A stretch of 61,406 bases of DNA, filler included, from Choristocarpus tenellus KU-1152 (GCA_964200185.2; 10 parts of 10 records of this genome joined end to end with filler, not necessarily neighbours in it), one strand, 5' to 3'. Positions 25,925-39,456 are shown, counted from the whole stretch's first letter. Notes: a model not told the origin generated them from the sequence alone. Program-made: numbers and translations.

Positions 25925-28900
25925 TGGTCACTCTATGGGTGGTGCAGTGTCGCTGGTGGTACCTTCACTGCTGGATGAGAATACCACTCTCTTGTCATCT
26001 GGTCTGCTCAGTCCCTATCCTGATCTGGTCAAAAGTGAGATATAAAAATTATTAATGTACCTTTCCACATTATCAAAAGCAGTCTGCTGGAGCTCTAGAG
26101 ATCCAAATCCAGTTTGGAAAAAATCCACCTCTTGTCTGTTCAGGAATAGTACAAAATACTCTTGTGCATCCATATTTTTAATAGTTTTGATTTTTTTTTT
26201 CATTTCATCTTCACTAAATGTTAACAAAAAATTGCAAAAAATGAGGGGAAATTGAAACAAAAAAAATGTCAAGTGCTGAAAAATCCTGACTTACCTCTTT
26301 TGCTATTTCATACCAAGAGTGTACATGTGGAAAATATTGTCGTTAAGAATCAAGGTGAGAAATGAGCTGTACGTACGAAATGTTTTTCTTCACCAAATGC
26401 AGGGGTTAGTTTTGATAATTTGCAACTGAATGGAAGTGGAGTCAGATGCAGGTTGACTGCACTGCGCTCTCTGTTGTGCTCTGGCCTTCTGGTCGTGCTC
26501 AGAGATGGAGTACGCAGTGCTTCAAAAGTGCCATTTAGACACACTTTCGAGCACTTCAGTGTCATTTTTCTGTAAATAGTGTTATCGGGTGTTCTTTCCT
26601 TGGAGAGAGAGAGAGAGAGAGAAGAGAGCATTGGGCCGCCTTCTTCAAGATTCGAACAATTTCTTAGCTCAGCTCGAACAATTAAATACTCACTGCATCT
26701 ACCTTGACCACTCATCTATCACAAAAATCTTTTCCCTTGATAGCGTTGCGAAGAGAGCAAACTACAATCACGACCTCAGTCTCCCCTCCCTCCATGTTCC
26801 ATCCGGCCTCCTCCACTGGCAGCAACGCTTAACCCGTACCTCTTCACAACAAATGGCATTGTTGACGCTGATGGTTCGGCTTCCCTTTTCAAGTCTTACG
26901 ACACTTATCCGGAGAGCCTACTGGTCACAGCCAAGAACGATCGTATTTCTAAGCCTGCCCTTGTCGAGAGTGCATTTGAAGCGATGGCGAAGTCGCCAGA
27001 GGTGTGTCCTGCTGTTGTATTGTAGTGCAAAATCATTATTATTTGAACTTTTCAAAATTTTAGGTACATGTTTTTGTTTTGTTTTGTTTTGTTTTGTTTT
27101 GTAAAAAAAAAACAAGTTGAAAATGGTGCGCTTCTACTTGCATGGTGGGAAGTAGTAGCACCGAGCAAACCTTTCCAGTATGTGCTCTAGATCAGGTAAT
27201 GATTTTAGTCTGTGTAGCAGAGAACCATACCGAACGCATGTCTAGTTTTGAACTGAAAGAAAGCGTCTGCTGTGATCCTCTCACTTTCAACTGTAATCTG
27301 AAGTACAAACATCCTGTGTATATGATACCACTGTGTTATTGTGTTACTGTAAATGTGCTTGATTGTAAGGAGGGAGAAGCATGCCTTCTAAAATTGTGTG
27401 TTGCATGTCAGATGTCAGATGTTTATTTTCCATCGTGGGTTAGACTAGATTGAAGGAGCCAGTGGTTTTCAGTGGCAAAGAGGAATTGTAGGCAGAAAAT
27501 AGCTCAGGGGAGAGTAATTAATTAATGATTAGCTCGATGGCCTGGCTGATTCTCCCGTGCTTTTTGCTACAGTGGAACAGGTTAAAAGCACTGAACGTTA
27601 TGCAAACACATGTCTACAGACACATGCCACCTTCTCTTGTTTTGTCTACAGACACATGCCGCCTTCTGTTGTTTTGTCTACAGACACATGCCGCCTTCTG
27701 TTGTTTTGTCTACAGACACATGCTGCCTTCTGTTGTTTTGTCTACAGACACATGCTACCTTCTGTTGTTTTGTCTACAGACACATGCCGCCTTCTGTTGT
27801 TTTGTGGGACTCTCGATCTTCTGTTCAATAAAATCAAGCACAAGAAGGCTGTCGTGTTGCTATTTTCTCGCAGCTACTACAGGCTGTACGGCATAATTGT
27901 AAAAAAAGTGATGGGAATGTGTGAAGCTTTTTTTGGGGGCAAACCATTTTTTTCCTTGTGTGGGTTACAGGCATGGACAGTTTCATTAACCAACGAGGAG
28001 TAGACTCTAAGGTAGGCAGGCAACTCTGGACTGCGCGGTTTTTCGAGTTTTGATATCAAACTTCCCGCCAATAACACTGTGTTTGTACTGCAACTGGTTC
28101 TCACAGCATTTAAGAAATGCAATAGTTCCCCTGTGTCCATACGTTGTTCCCGCTCAGTTTTGTTCTCCTTCCTTAGCACCCTTCGCTGTCACGCTGTCCC
28201 TTCAGATGAAAGACAAGTCAACTCTAGCCTACATGACCAACGGTGCTCACATAGGGTTTCAAGATTCTCTACGGGTGAGGGGGAGGAAGGGTTTCTTTTT
28301 GTGTAGTAGAAACACCTCGTGTGGCATATGACAATCGCCATCTATTTGTGATCATTTGCACATGAGCTCTCTCTCTCTCTCTCTTTCACTGCCATGTCTG
28401 CCTTTGCAGTACATCCAGTTGTGCCTGTTGTGTTGGGCATGAAGGCGTGTGTCTATTCATGTGAACTTTCTCGGGTATTCACAGCATTCTTGTGATATAT
28501 AGCACATTTTTTTTACTCCATGATTCTCACATGTGAGTAGTACTAAATAATTAATCAGATACATAGATCAATTGGATTTTTTGTATGTCCCTCTATGCTT
28601 GCAGGGACTCTCTAACTACAGTGGTGATACCTAAGATTATCTAAAATATTATTGTGCTATAACTGGCTTACCTAATCTACCTTCTTGCTACCTTTTTGTG
28701 CTTTAGGTGTAGGTGCCTATCCCCCTTCCTGTACTACCACTATACTACTGTGTGAAAATCAACCATCTAGACCAATGAAATGACTTGTAGGTTATTGAGT
28801 CGATAGAAAGCATTGCCAAGCAAGATGCCCCACACCTACAATCTTTGTTGATTCTAATATTTTATTGACTGCACCTTGTTGATCCTTTCAAGTACTGCCT

Positions 28901-30680
28901 TTTGATTACAGTGAAGTTGTTTATAGAGCGATATGTATCTCAAATTATTGACTTCAAACTATTTGTATTTGTACATTGGATTTCTTTCCTCATCAATGCA
29001 AGGAAAAATGTGTGCATTGGATAAGTGGATTTGGGATTTTGTGTGGTTCTGTTGGTTGGGGATTGAAGGCCCTACTGGAGTGACTGATGTTTGTTACTAG
29101 AGTGATGCCATTACCGAGATATCGAGGATACGCTCTATAGTTGACAAGGTTTCAAATTAACCACTGGCCTTTGTTCAGGTGGGCAACTAACTAATTGTGG
29201 AAGTTTTTTGCCCTCTGCTGACCTTGGCATTCGTCAGTCTACCGAACGGTATGACATCATGCATTTACCACAAACGGTACAAGCAATTAATTCCATGTAT
29301 CGTTTTTTTTTTCCCTGTCGTACCACACCATTGGCTTAGCCCTAACCCTATTTAAAACGCTGGTAGTAGGGGAGGAGGTTACGGAATCACTCTCTGTATA
29401 CTATTGGCTTGTTGTGAAGATGAGGTGACTGAGTCCCTCCCTTTTTTTTTTTTCTTCTAGTATTGTCCACTAGAGCTGTACACCTCAGCGTTTCCATTAT
29501 TATGATTTCTACCGTGTTTTTTGTTGCTTTTCCTGGAGTATACATTTGTACATCTTGAACACTGGGTTTATATCAACAAACATCTACAGCATGATAGAGT
29601 GAGTCGTAGCCCAGTTGCCAAACCTGTCTTCCGTGAAAGTCACTTCCTCAAGCCCTTTGTTACCTCCTTTTATTTTTTGATTTTATTTTTTGCACTTGTT
29701 CGGCTATAGGACTCTATATCCATTATCATTCTCTCCACCAGCTGCCCCCCGCCCCACCCCCTCCAGCCAACCCAATCAGAAAATCAAGGTCATCTGTAGC
29801 CTATCCTCCAACCAGAAAGGCAGCAATTGTTATCTGTGAACCTAATGGTCATCCTTATGGGGTCTGTCCATACCTCTGCAGGTCTCCTTCAAAATCTTTG
29901 GTAAAACGATATCCCTTTTCGATACTCTAAGTTTCTTGCTGTATGGCTTGGACATTTTGGACAGCATTTGGAATGGCGTCTCTCTTGACACTCAGGTACG
30001 GTTAGTAATGGCAGTAGTATATTTATGATACTTCATTTTATTTTTTATTTTCACTGGAATTTTCCTACATTCTACCTGTAGTTCTCGTTTGAATGGATGC
30101 TGTATTTACTTCTTTTGGTATGGAAAAAAAAAAACGAAGTTAGTAGTTCCACTTATCCATCCTGTGAAGTGAATAAACACATCGGCTTGGACGCAATACA
30201 TGGACTGTAAGACAGAAAAAAGTGACAGGATCATACTATTCAGTCGATTGTACTGCTCCTGCTCCACGCATCCTAAAACTACGTAGCTGGATATATTTTT
30301 TGTATATATAGTACTACGCTTCTAATCTAATCTGATACTACGTTCTCTGCATCCAAATCTATACTACATAGTACACTCCTACGTAAACATGAATTATCAC
30401 ATTTACTCCCATCTTCTCTGCCTCAAGCTTGAATAACCTCACCATTCATTCTTTCTGCAATTTGTCCACTTTTTCTCTTCACTCTTGGGTCCACTTGACT
30501 AATACTCCTGTTCTTGTTGAACCATTCCCCAACAATATTCAGCTTGCACAGACTAAAAGGTTTCTTCTCAAGAAATTCGCCAAGGACCTGGGCGGAACGG
30601 ACAATTCCGCTGAAGTTTCCCTTCCCCGTGGTGAAGAAGAGGACCCTGAGATTATCTACACCAAGGGTAGTGAGATCTGA
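25925..30680 (+). CDS. Alpha/beta-fold serine hydrolase (chlorophyllase/cutinase/dienelactone-hydrolase-like), 5' truncated by contig start
   Basis: Exons 25925-26034, 26823-27001, 28206-28274, 29882-29995, 30543-30680 splice in phase with GT-AG. Nucleophile elbow GHSMGG, acid in LLVTAKNDRI, histidine in NGAHIGFQD, in canonical Ser-Asp-His order. Confidence 0.82.
27611..27802. repeat. Intronic minisatellite, 32-bp unit x 6
   Basis: Unit TGTCTACAGACACATGCCGCCTTCTGTTGTTT repeated head to tail with 0-2 substitutions and no spacers. Confidence 0.95.
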
Positions 30681-32969
30681 GGACAATAGGATAGTCCAGT
30701 CTGGGACATCGTGTTGTCAAGGTGTCCCAGGGCTTATTTATTGCCAGACTTATTTCCTTTCATGTCATTTTGACTTGACATGTAGTGGAGTGAAATGTGG
30801 ACGACCCAGCAGCATTCAGTTCTTTTTCCTTGTTGGTGCCAAATGATGGTTATTCAATCAAAGGCGTGCACTGAGATAATCACAAACTGTAGTGATGGAT
30901 TATGCTCTAACTCTTTGTTGATTGTTCTTGTTCCTTTTTCATTGCTTTCTGTGCTTTGTTGAGTTTTGAGGAAGGAAATGTTTTTCACTATCTGGGGGTG
31001 GTGGGTGTGTTGGCCCTTTGATTACTTTTTTTTTTAAATTTTGCGATCTTAAATCTCGACTGAACTTTGAAGGGGAGGGTTTATTTAATGTTCTTGGATT
31101 GGTTGCAAATCTTCCTCCTTATTTCCAGTGAGTCACGTAGTTTGGAGTGCAAGGTTTGTTGAACAAGCATTAGATATATTATGTATTTATAGTGATTTTT
31201 CATAGTAGTAGTAGTAGAAGACTTAGAGGAAAGATGCAAGTACCATCCATAGTAATTGACAGAATAGAGATATTGGCAATAGTGTTGCTGACAGTCCTTG
31301 TCTTGATTCATTGATGCTGGTGATTCATGGAATGCTATTCTCAGAATCTGCGTAAGGTCTTGGACTCACCTCTTGTCAAGACCACCATGGATACTTGGTT
31401 TCACTTCCGGTCAGGATGTGTATGGTTCTTTTGTATATCTCTGTCTCAGATCCTGTTGATAGTGAGGACAGTCTCTTTGACTATCATTGGTTAGGTCGTG
31501 CAGCTTTTCCAACTCAAGCGTCAGATTCGATCTGGATCTGTTCCTTTTTCTTTGGGTATGTTCACACACATGCTTGTTTGTGCAATTTCGCGCACTGTCT
31601 TAAGATTGCCTTGACCATCTATCTCAGCCAATCTTACTCCCTTCACCTCAATGCTCACCTATCAACACAATACAATCTGATGTGCGTTGTCTAAACCCAT
31701 TTCCAAAGTTCCGAGCCATTCATAATACTAATGGTAATGTAACCTCTATCAGGACCTCTTTACTGAACTAATTTTCTCACCTTCACCGTAATCAAGCATA
31801 CTGATCTTTGCTTTGCGAACATAGCTTACAGTGTGAGGATTGACCAAGGAACGTAAGAGCAATAGGAATAAGTACCTCTAACCACACAGATCATGATAAT
31901 TGTGAATACTTTTTGTATGTATGTGTATGATGTGTGCTATGAAAATCGCCTTTCAATACACTTTGCTTGTAAAGCCATCACAAGGTATACTCAGGAAGTA
32001 TTTAGGAACAAAAGAGTCAAACCAACAAAGAGGTAGGCTAGTTTACATTTTAAAGCATGCCACGAAGACAACAGGCAAAACTTACTTTTTTTTAATGTAG
32101 CAACAGTTGTTCCAACACAAGCAGGTGTATCAGTCCACAGTGTTGCAATTCATGTTTACCCTCTTAGAACCAGACCCTGGGAGATGAAAAATGAAAAAGG
32201 GAATTGGACAAAAGGATCACTCATCCAACCCTGAAACATCAAAAGCGCCACTCAGCACTGCCCAGTGTGAGGGCACCCAATTACAAAAATGCGGTTGGGG
32301 AGACAGCATAGTGAAAGCAACACAAGACCCTCCTCCCCCTCCCCAGCCCTGTCCGAGACAAGACGCTGCTTAGGGACCAAAAATAATGCATGGTTACTAT
32401 CGAAGTACACTTGCAGAGAGAATGAGAAGACAGGTGGTGCGAGTACGCTACAAGGATGCCACATTTGACTCTCCCCCACTAGAATTTTGTATGTACAACT
32501 AGCTACCGTGTCCACTGTTAACTTTTACTGCCATACACAGATCAAGGCAAAAAATAATTAATTTACGCATGCAGAGCACATACATTGCATTAGCACTCAT
32601 CACAGCTCCAACAGTACCCTCCACACACACAAACCACTCACTTCAGCCTTACCGCCTAGAGGCCAAAAGTCACAACAAATCTGTTAGTCCACATTAAGTT
32701 GCACATAACGGCTCAAAGGGACCACGGTCACTCAAGTGTATCATGTAGTTGCATCCAGCTCTTCTGCCCTAAACTTCCTCGTTGGTCAAAACGTATGTAC
32801 CAACAAATGGGCATACTTCCCAAGATACCCATCCACCAACACCAAAAGTCAGCAAGTCAACAGTCTCTGCTACACTAGAGACAGATTTCGATCTGCACAC
32901 AATATGGCATGGAGGAATAATGCATGGGAAAAAGAGACATCAACTCAGGAGGCACAAATGACCTCACAC

Positions 32970-34246
32970 TTAGCCGTAGTAGATGCCAGTGGCAAACCCC
33001 CCGGCAAATCCACCCCCGGCAGGGATATTGGCAGTGAGGGCATTGAGGGCACGCCTCCAGAACAGCTTGACATCTTCCTTGTCCACATCACCATCCTTAT
33101 CTGCATCCAAGAGAGTCTTAGCCTTCTCACCAACCGTCTTCCACTTCACATCAATGACGCCGTAGTAGCTGAGGCCCTGTGCCACAACAAAGAGCACTCC
33201 GATGGTCACAGCTGCCGCCTTGCCCACCTTCTTCATCGCGTATCTGAATTGAGTGTCGGCAGAAAAGAAATGGTTACAAGACTCAACTCCAAGCACAGTA
33301 TTCCTGTAGTGATATTTTTTTCTTTTTCAGTAGTTCAGAATATGGTTTGGAGTTGAAAGACAGCCCTAATAATGACTTTTCAAGTCACGTCAAAAATTAA
33401 TGGCACATTGGTTTATCAGTATCCTAGAATGAAACTATGAGATCGCACGACTAGAAGAGTCAGCCTACGCAAATTCCCAAGTGCGCAAGGATATTGTGAC
33501 TATCCATACTTGAGCAATATGAACATATAGAGCTATGCCTGCCAAGGAAAAAACACGTCGCACGTTTGCGCGTAGGAGGAAAACATATGATAATAGGCGA
33601 GATGTATTATTTTGTTTCTCTATCTAGCATTTTTCTGAATTTGTTATGAAGGGTAGAAGAAGAAACACATCGCGTGTTCTCACCTGTACCAGAAAGGAAA
33701 AAAATCAAGCAAGTCTCTGTGCGGCATCGAACCAAGCCATCGTCATATGAATCCTTGCAACTTGTTTTCTGAGACAAAGCAATCGATTCGAGGGACTTCT
33801 ATCATTGTCACCGAACGATCCCCGATAGACGGGAAAACATTGGGTGGATGGTGCAAATACCTTTCCAACCAGACCGGCGTGTCTCACTCCAAGGCAACGC
33901 TCGCTGACAACTTGGCATGTAAACGATACATCCTGTAGTAATAATTATGATCAAATGCAATTAGTGTGATCTGAAATGCCTATCTCTTTAACTTGTCATC
34001 CGTCCCTGATGGAACGTAGAACATAAAACGTTGGAACAACCCGCATTACGTTCCAAAATTTTACTTCCTACACCACAGATACGCGTACATGCGATCTGAA
34101 AACCAGCCTCATATTTGTAATGCAGCCCAAGCTCACCCGGAAGAGAAGCCGACGACCGAGCCAAATCCAAGATCCCCAATTTTCCCTCCCAAGGTGTCGA
34201 TCATCTCATCCACAGGATCGTCCTTGTCTCCTCCACCACCCCCCCG
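32970..34246 (-). CDS. FUN14-domain protein (mitochondrial outer membrane, FUNDC-like), 5' end uncertain
   Basis: Exons ~34246-34137 (DKDDPVDEMIDTLGGKIGDLGFGSVVGFSSG) and 33243-32970 (YAMKKVGKAAAVTIGVLFVVAQGLSYYGVIDVKWK...GGGFAGGFATGIYYG*). GxxxGYxxKKVGK, QxLxxxGxIxVxW and the terminal GFxGGFxxG are FUN14 hallmarks. Confidence 0.88.
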
Positions 34247-34427
34247 CTCTCGACGTCACCAACTGGGATCAACCTCATCATTATGGAAGAACAAGACGAA
34301 GATGATGTCAAGGGCATGCACTCGGCANNNNNNNNNNNNNNNNNNNNNNNNNNNNNNNNNNNNNNNNNNNNTTAATTAATTAANNNNNNNNNNNNNNNNN
34401 NNNNNNNNNNNNNNNNNNNNNNNNNNN

Positions 34428-34980
34428 AAGTCCTGAGCGTACATTTGATCAGAGTCAAAGTAAACGAGAGGTACCCAGGTTTAGACCGATTTGCATTTTT
34501 AGTCTGTCTTTCGATATTTTGCCATTATGGAATTTGTACGTCGTCTCTGAAGGGGTCACAATATTTGATATAACCAATAAACAAAGTAGGGTGGAGGTGT
34601 TGAAGATACATAAGGATCTATGGACCCAACGGGTGAAGGTACTAGAACATTAACTATTATGGTTCGTATAGCATAGGTAAGATATTACGCGCATTGGGAC
34701 TATTCCAAGCATCGCATGTATATACTGCAACATTCCTATAGTGGTGTGAAGCTAGTCAGTTGCTCTGTTCGAAGAAGTCAAGTCCTGAGCATACATTTGA
34801 TCAGAGTCAAAGTAAACGAGAGGTACCCAGGTTTAGACCGATTTGCAATTTTAGTCTGTCTTTCGATATTTTGCCATTATGGAATTTGTACGTCGTCTCT
34901 GAAGGGGTCACAATATTTGATACCACCAATAAACAAAGTAGGGTGGAGGAGGTGTTGAAGGAAGATGCATAAGGATCTAT
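34428..34980 (+). repeat. Near-identical ~200-bp direct duplication (34428-34621 and 34780-34980), each with a family C left TIR
   Basis: Copies offset by 352 nt and differ at only a few positions. Both contain GAGTCAAAGTAAACGAGAGGTACC, also seen at 51243. Confidence 0.9.
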
Positions 34981-35554
34981 GTTGTGGCTTTCTTTGAATC
35001 AGATATTGATGTTGAGTTCTACGTTGACTTCAGGAAAATATCTCCATGTATGTAATATCATGCATTATGAAAGAAAATTGATCAGGTTTACAGGGTTGAA
35101 TGTGTGGGAAATGAGGTTGAATTGCGGCTAGATGATTTGATTGTGTTACGGTATATTGCAGTGCTAAAGTTGATGCACGATCTTCATCCTCGAATGTGTT
35201 GATGTAGGGTAGTTGAATTTGATGATCTTCCACAACAGGTTGTAGAATCTACAAGTTGATTGCAACCTTCCCTATTATGAGATCTAAAAAGTCTAGTGAC
35301 TGTTTTGTTTTCATATATATATGGAGTATTTTTATCATCAGAGGAACCGAACATCCCTACTACGCATACCAAACCTCTGGAAGTGCAAGTTTACTATATT
35401 TGTCTTAATATTATTATCTTCAAAGTATATATGTTCCATCACAGCCTTCCCTCCCACAATAGGATTAGCGATACCATTGTTAAAATAGTATAATATGTAG
35501 AAAGAAGATCGAATCCAGTATCCTATATACTTACATACTTAAGACGGGTTGAGG

Positions 35555-38500
35555 ATGCCTGGGCGCCAAAGCCGACGCTCTTGCAACTTTCAGCTTCGAT
35601 CATCCAGGTCCCGGTTGATCTTTCTCGTTCTACTTTTCTGTCTCGCCCGTTCCCCGGCTATAGGCGACCTGACGTTGGAGGTGGAGGTTAATGGAAGGTG
35701 GGAGCCAGACCCCCTTACTCTTCCTTCCAGTGTGAAATCACCTCCACGAGGTTCCCACCGGTGAAGACAACACTTTCCTCGTATATTTTGCTTCCACTGT
35801 GTTCGCCTGCACAGCCCTCTTCACGTGACCGTCCGACAGAACGAAGATGCCGCCATGGTGGCTCGTCGATTCTGTACGGACAATGGCCTCCTCAGCAGTA
35901 GCGAGGGTATCCCTTGCCAACAGCTTATTGAGGGAGAGGTGCTCCAACGTCGTGCTATCTTCGAATCACCTACTCCCGAAGGTACCCCTGATACCAGTTA
36001 CAGAGATATCACACTACCTAATCTTTACACGGAGTACCCAGCCGGTCGACCAGGATTAGGACTTGGCGGTCGACAACGCCTTCCTCTGACAATTCGCCTC
36101 ACGAACTCCGAGTTGCCAGAGATGACCGTACGTCGGTTCTGTATAGCCTTTGGCATAGATAAGACAGCTTGTAGTGGTCTACTGAAGGACGTGCATACTG
36201 TGGCTGGTGCGCTGGGAACATGGCTCCCTGGACCCTTGTATATACCTGTAGTTGTCGACGATTGGCTACAGCTTGAAGGAGTGTTTGGGTTTGAATTTGA
36301 GTCGCTTAGGTTCCGGCGCTGTGATGATCCTGCCATTGTCGCACAGGATGCTGGGTCACGCATAGGGGTGTGGAATCTGGCCTCCATATCTGCACTAGAA
36401 GTGAGTTTTTTTTGCGTGCTCTCACTCCTTATCCTGACTACGCCACAGCTAATAGTTGGTTAGAATTGCTTCCGCTCTTTATAGTGTGTCAGCTTGCAGC
36501 TTTTCAATGATTCCTCAAGTGAAAGTGTGACCGGGTTAGTCAGCTAGATCATTGTTAAATTAGCTTGATAGTCAGATTAAACAGGCCTCCTATCGTCAAA
36601 TCCATAGTAATTGTATAATTGATGACAGTCCCACGATGTGAAGTAGGGGATTGAGTACCAGAGCCCTGAGGGAAGGAAACTAAGAATGAGATCCACCAAC
36701 TCCAAAGAAAAATCCTCCTTGACGAATGACCTCTATCTCTCAATGTCTTGTGTCTACACCATTTTTCCTCGTCTGCCATCCCCCGCCAAATCTCAGGCCA
36801 GGGTACAAACCGCGATGGATGAGGCACATGCAAATAGCATACCCGTGGTTGCAGGATTGGTTCCGCCGGAATCAGCCATAGACCTAAAGGCCGATTGGCA
36901 AAAAGAGTGGAATATAGCTAGGACTGGGAGAGAAAGAGAAGAAGCAAGAAGGATCAGTGGAAGAGGACAGAGGTTGGTTGTCTATTCACCAGGGACAGTG
37001 GAAGGGTATAATATTGAGAGGGCAGCTGCAGCCTTCTGTGCTCGCACCTTGTGCCCCAATCGCATACATGCTGTCAATGCGGTAATCGCAGCTTCAACCC
37101 TCCAAGTAAGTGTATGTTGACAAGCTTTTGTACTGATGGGATGGTTTGAGTGAGCTAGTTGCACAGGGTAGTGAGAGTTGGTGGTAGGATGTGGTAGAAC
37201 ACATGGAATGTTTGTTGTCTGAAACATTCTGTGGAGCAAATGCAGGTTAAGTTGGATTTCCTACACTAACCACCCGAACTCTTTCCTCTCCTTCAAGATA
37301 GGATACTGCCAGCATTGCCTGCACTGCGGTCGCATCCTAGGCACAGTTGAGATGACCCTAACTCTCTACCTCTGTGCTCCTTGCGCTTCCTGCCTGTCTG
37401 CTCTGTCCATGGTCCATGGACATATTGCCAAATCTGGGGGTACGTGGTACTATGTTATTGAAGACCTCCTATCAGCAGGGTATGAGAGCAGTTTTTTCGC
37501 TGACCACTTTGCCCAGTCGAATTAGGCACATCAAGCCGGTTCTGGAAAGCCTTAAGGGCCAAACCATCCGTCCAAGTGCAGTGTACCTGGTGATACCTGA
37601 GTTCAGCCTTCGAGAGTCAAGAGGATATGATATACCAAATTTTGTGATCGAGGTAAGAGGCTGTGGTTTAAGAGAAGGGGATGGATTTAGTGCTTGATTT
37701 GTAAAGTAGTGCAGCATTTTGCTTTGACAGAGTTCTCGAGCTTACCTGAAGTGGTGCCGATGATGTTGTCTGGTGCTTATGGAGCAATGACAATATTGTG
37801 GTGATACAGGATATAGTGAGACATATCCAATTAGTTCCTGCAACACACAGGCAATTTGATCAGTGCATATGATGCTACTCATACACATCCCATTATCCCT
37901 GCAGTATTGATGCCTCAACATTGTAAATGATGCTGGTCAATGGTGGGGGCCTCATATTGGTCACCCCTACTGATAAAAAGACTGTGTGGAACATGAATGA
38001 GTGCGCATGACTTGTTTGTGGCCAGCATCGCTTCTACTCACTCCCATCTCAATAACTGCTTGGTATCAACATTTCACTCTTTGGAGTCCTTGATGTGTTA
38101 TAGGTAACGAGTTTTCGTGGTGGTTTTATAGACACACCGTCATGAACTTGGAGTCCTAATTTTATGTGCTGATCTTATTGATTTTTCATATTTATTTTGT
38201 CATGGTGAGACACACTGAAGCCACACATTTCAGTCTGATTATAGTCTTGATCAAACTATGAAAAAACAATAGTCAAAGCAAGAAGTCCAGCTAAATATGC
38301 ATCAAAACTCTTTAAGATATCGAGGCACCGTCTATCAGCCTCACCATCAATCTACAGACTTGAGAGTTTAGTCTACTTATTCATCTCTCTCTAGGTGTGT
38401 GAACACAGCAGCTGTGACAGATACTTGCAGAATTTGTACCGAAACTATACTATTGCGCTAAAAGCACCTTACAATGGGCACCCTCTTGACCTCATTCCTA

Positions 38501-39419
38501 AATATACAGGACTCAGATCTCACAGTCATTCGTTCAGCAGTTGACTTTGGTCCAGCGACAAAGCTTATACCCGTCTTACAGGTGAGCTAACTGTATGCTC
38601 AACAATGACACAGTATTCTTGGTGGACCACTATAATCTTCCAGCGGTATGAGATGGCATGAAACCATCACAATATGTTGCCCTCATCCCCCGACATGTCT
38701 CTCCTCACCCTCACTACACTCCACATTCAACTCCTGGGATTCCTAGTGGTTTCGGGCACTGTAGAAGTTGTGTACAGTCTATACTTGCTTATGCCTCTGC
38801 TCTGCCTCCTATCCCATGTGCCTCAGTTATAACATCTACACCATCTGCTCCATTGCATGCTCCTGCTAGGTGGAAACCAGACCAGAGACATTGATAATTA
38901 CAGTGGATGATGACATATCATACGCCCCTCACCTCCTCCACGATCTAGCTGTCAATGCTAAGCGCCTGCCTAATGCGGCAGTGGGACTCACAGGATACCG
39001 ACTGCCACACTTGAACAACACTGGATTGGGAGGATGGGTGCCCTGCAGTCACGAGAACCTGCAGTACTTTGATGCAGAGATGCAGGAGAATGACGTGGAG
39101 GTCAGAAAATGTATGGGAAAGGGCGAAAAGCAAGGTTAAGCGATGGGAGGGGGGCATTGGTAAAAATATAGTTTTCCGACTGAGAGTTGTAGCAGGGATA
39201 GGGGAGAGCAGGGAGGATTCAGGAAAGGTTGAGTTCTGGCGACCAAGGACAGAATTGAGCAGCACAGTGGAGATTACAGAAGCAATTGGGATGGAAGTGC
39301 AGGCTGTAGTTGTAAGGGAGGGGGTAGAATTTGTTTTCTTGCTTACCTTGAAGCTTTCTGTTCTGCTTTGGTTTATGCACCATGTACTCCTGAGCTTGCA
39401 ATAGAAGCTACTATTCAGT

Positions 39420-39456
<37 letters not shown>

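Noticed and set aside
27611-27802. CRISPR-like array (32-bp repeats)
   Set aside because: Units are contiguous with no unique spacers, there are no cas genes, and it lies in a eukaryotic intron.
27525-28003. Three overlapping ORFs of 73-148 aa
   Set aside because: Produced by the stop-free minisatellite; the peptides are just frame-rotated repeats.
31440-31560. Peptide RTVSLTIIG*VVQLFQLKRQIR resembling an RLE-retroelement C-terminus
   Set aside because: Too short and degenerate to support by eye.
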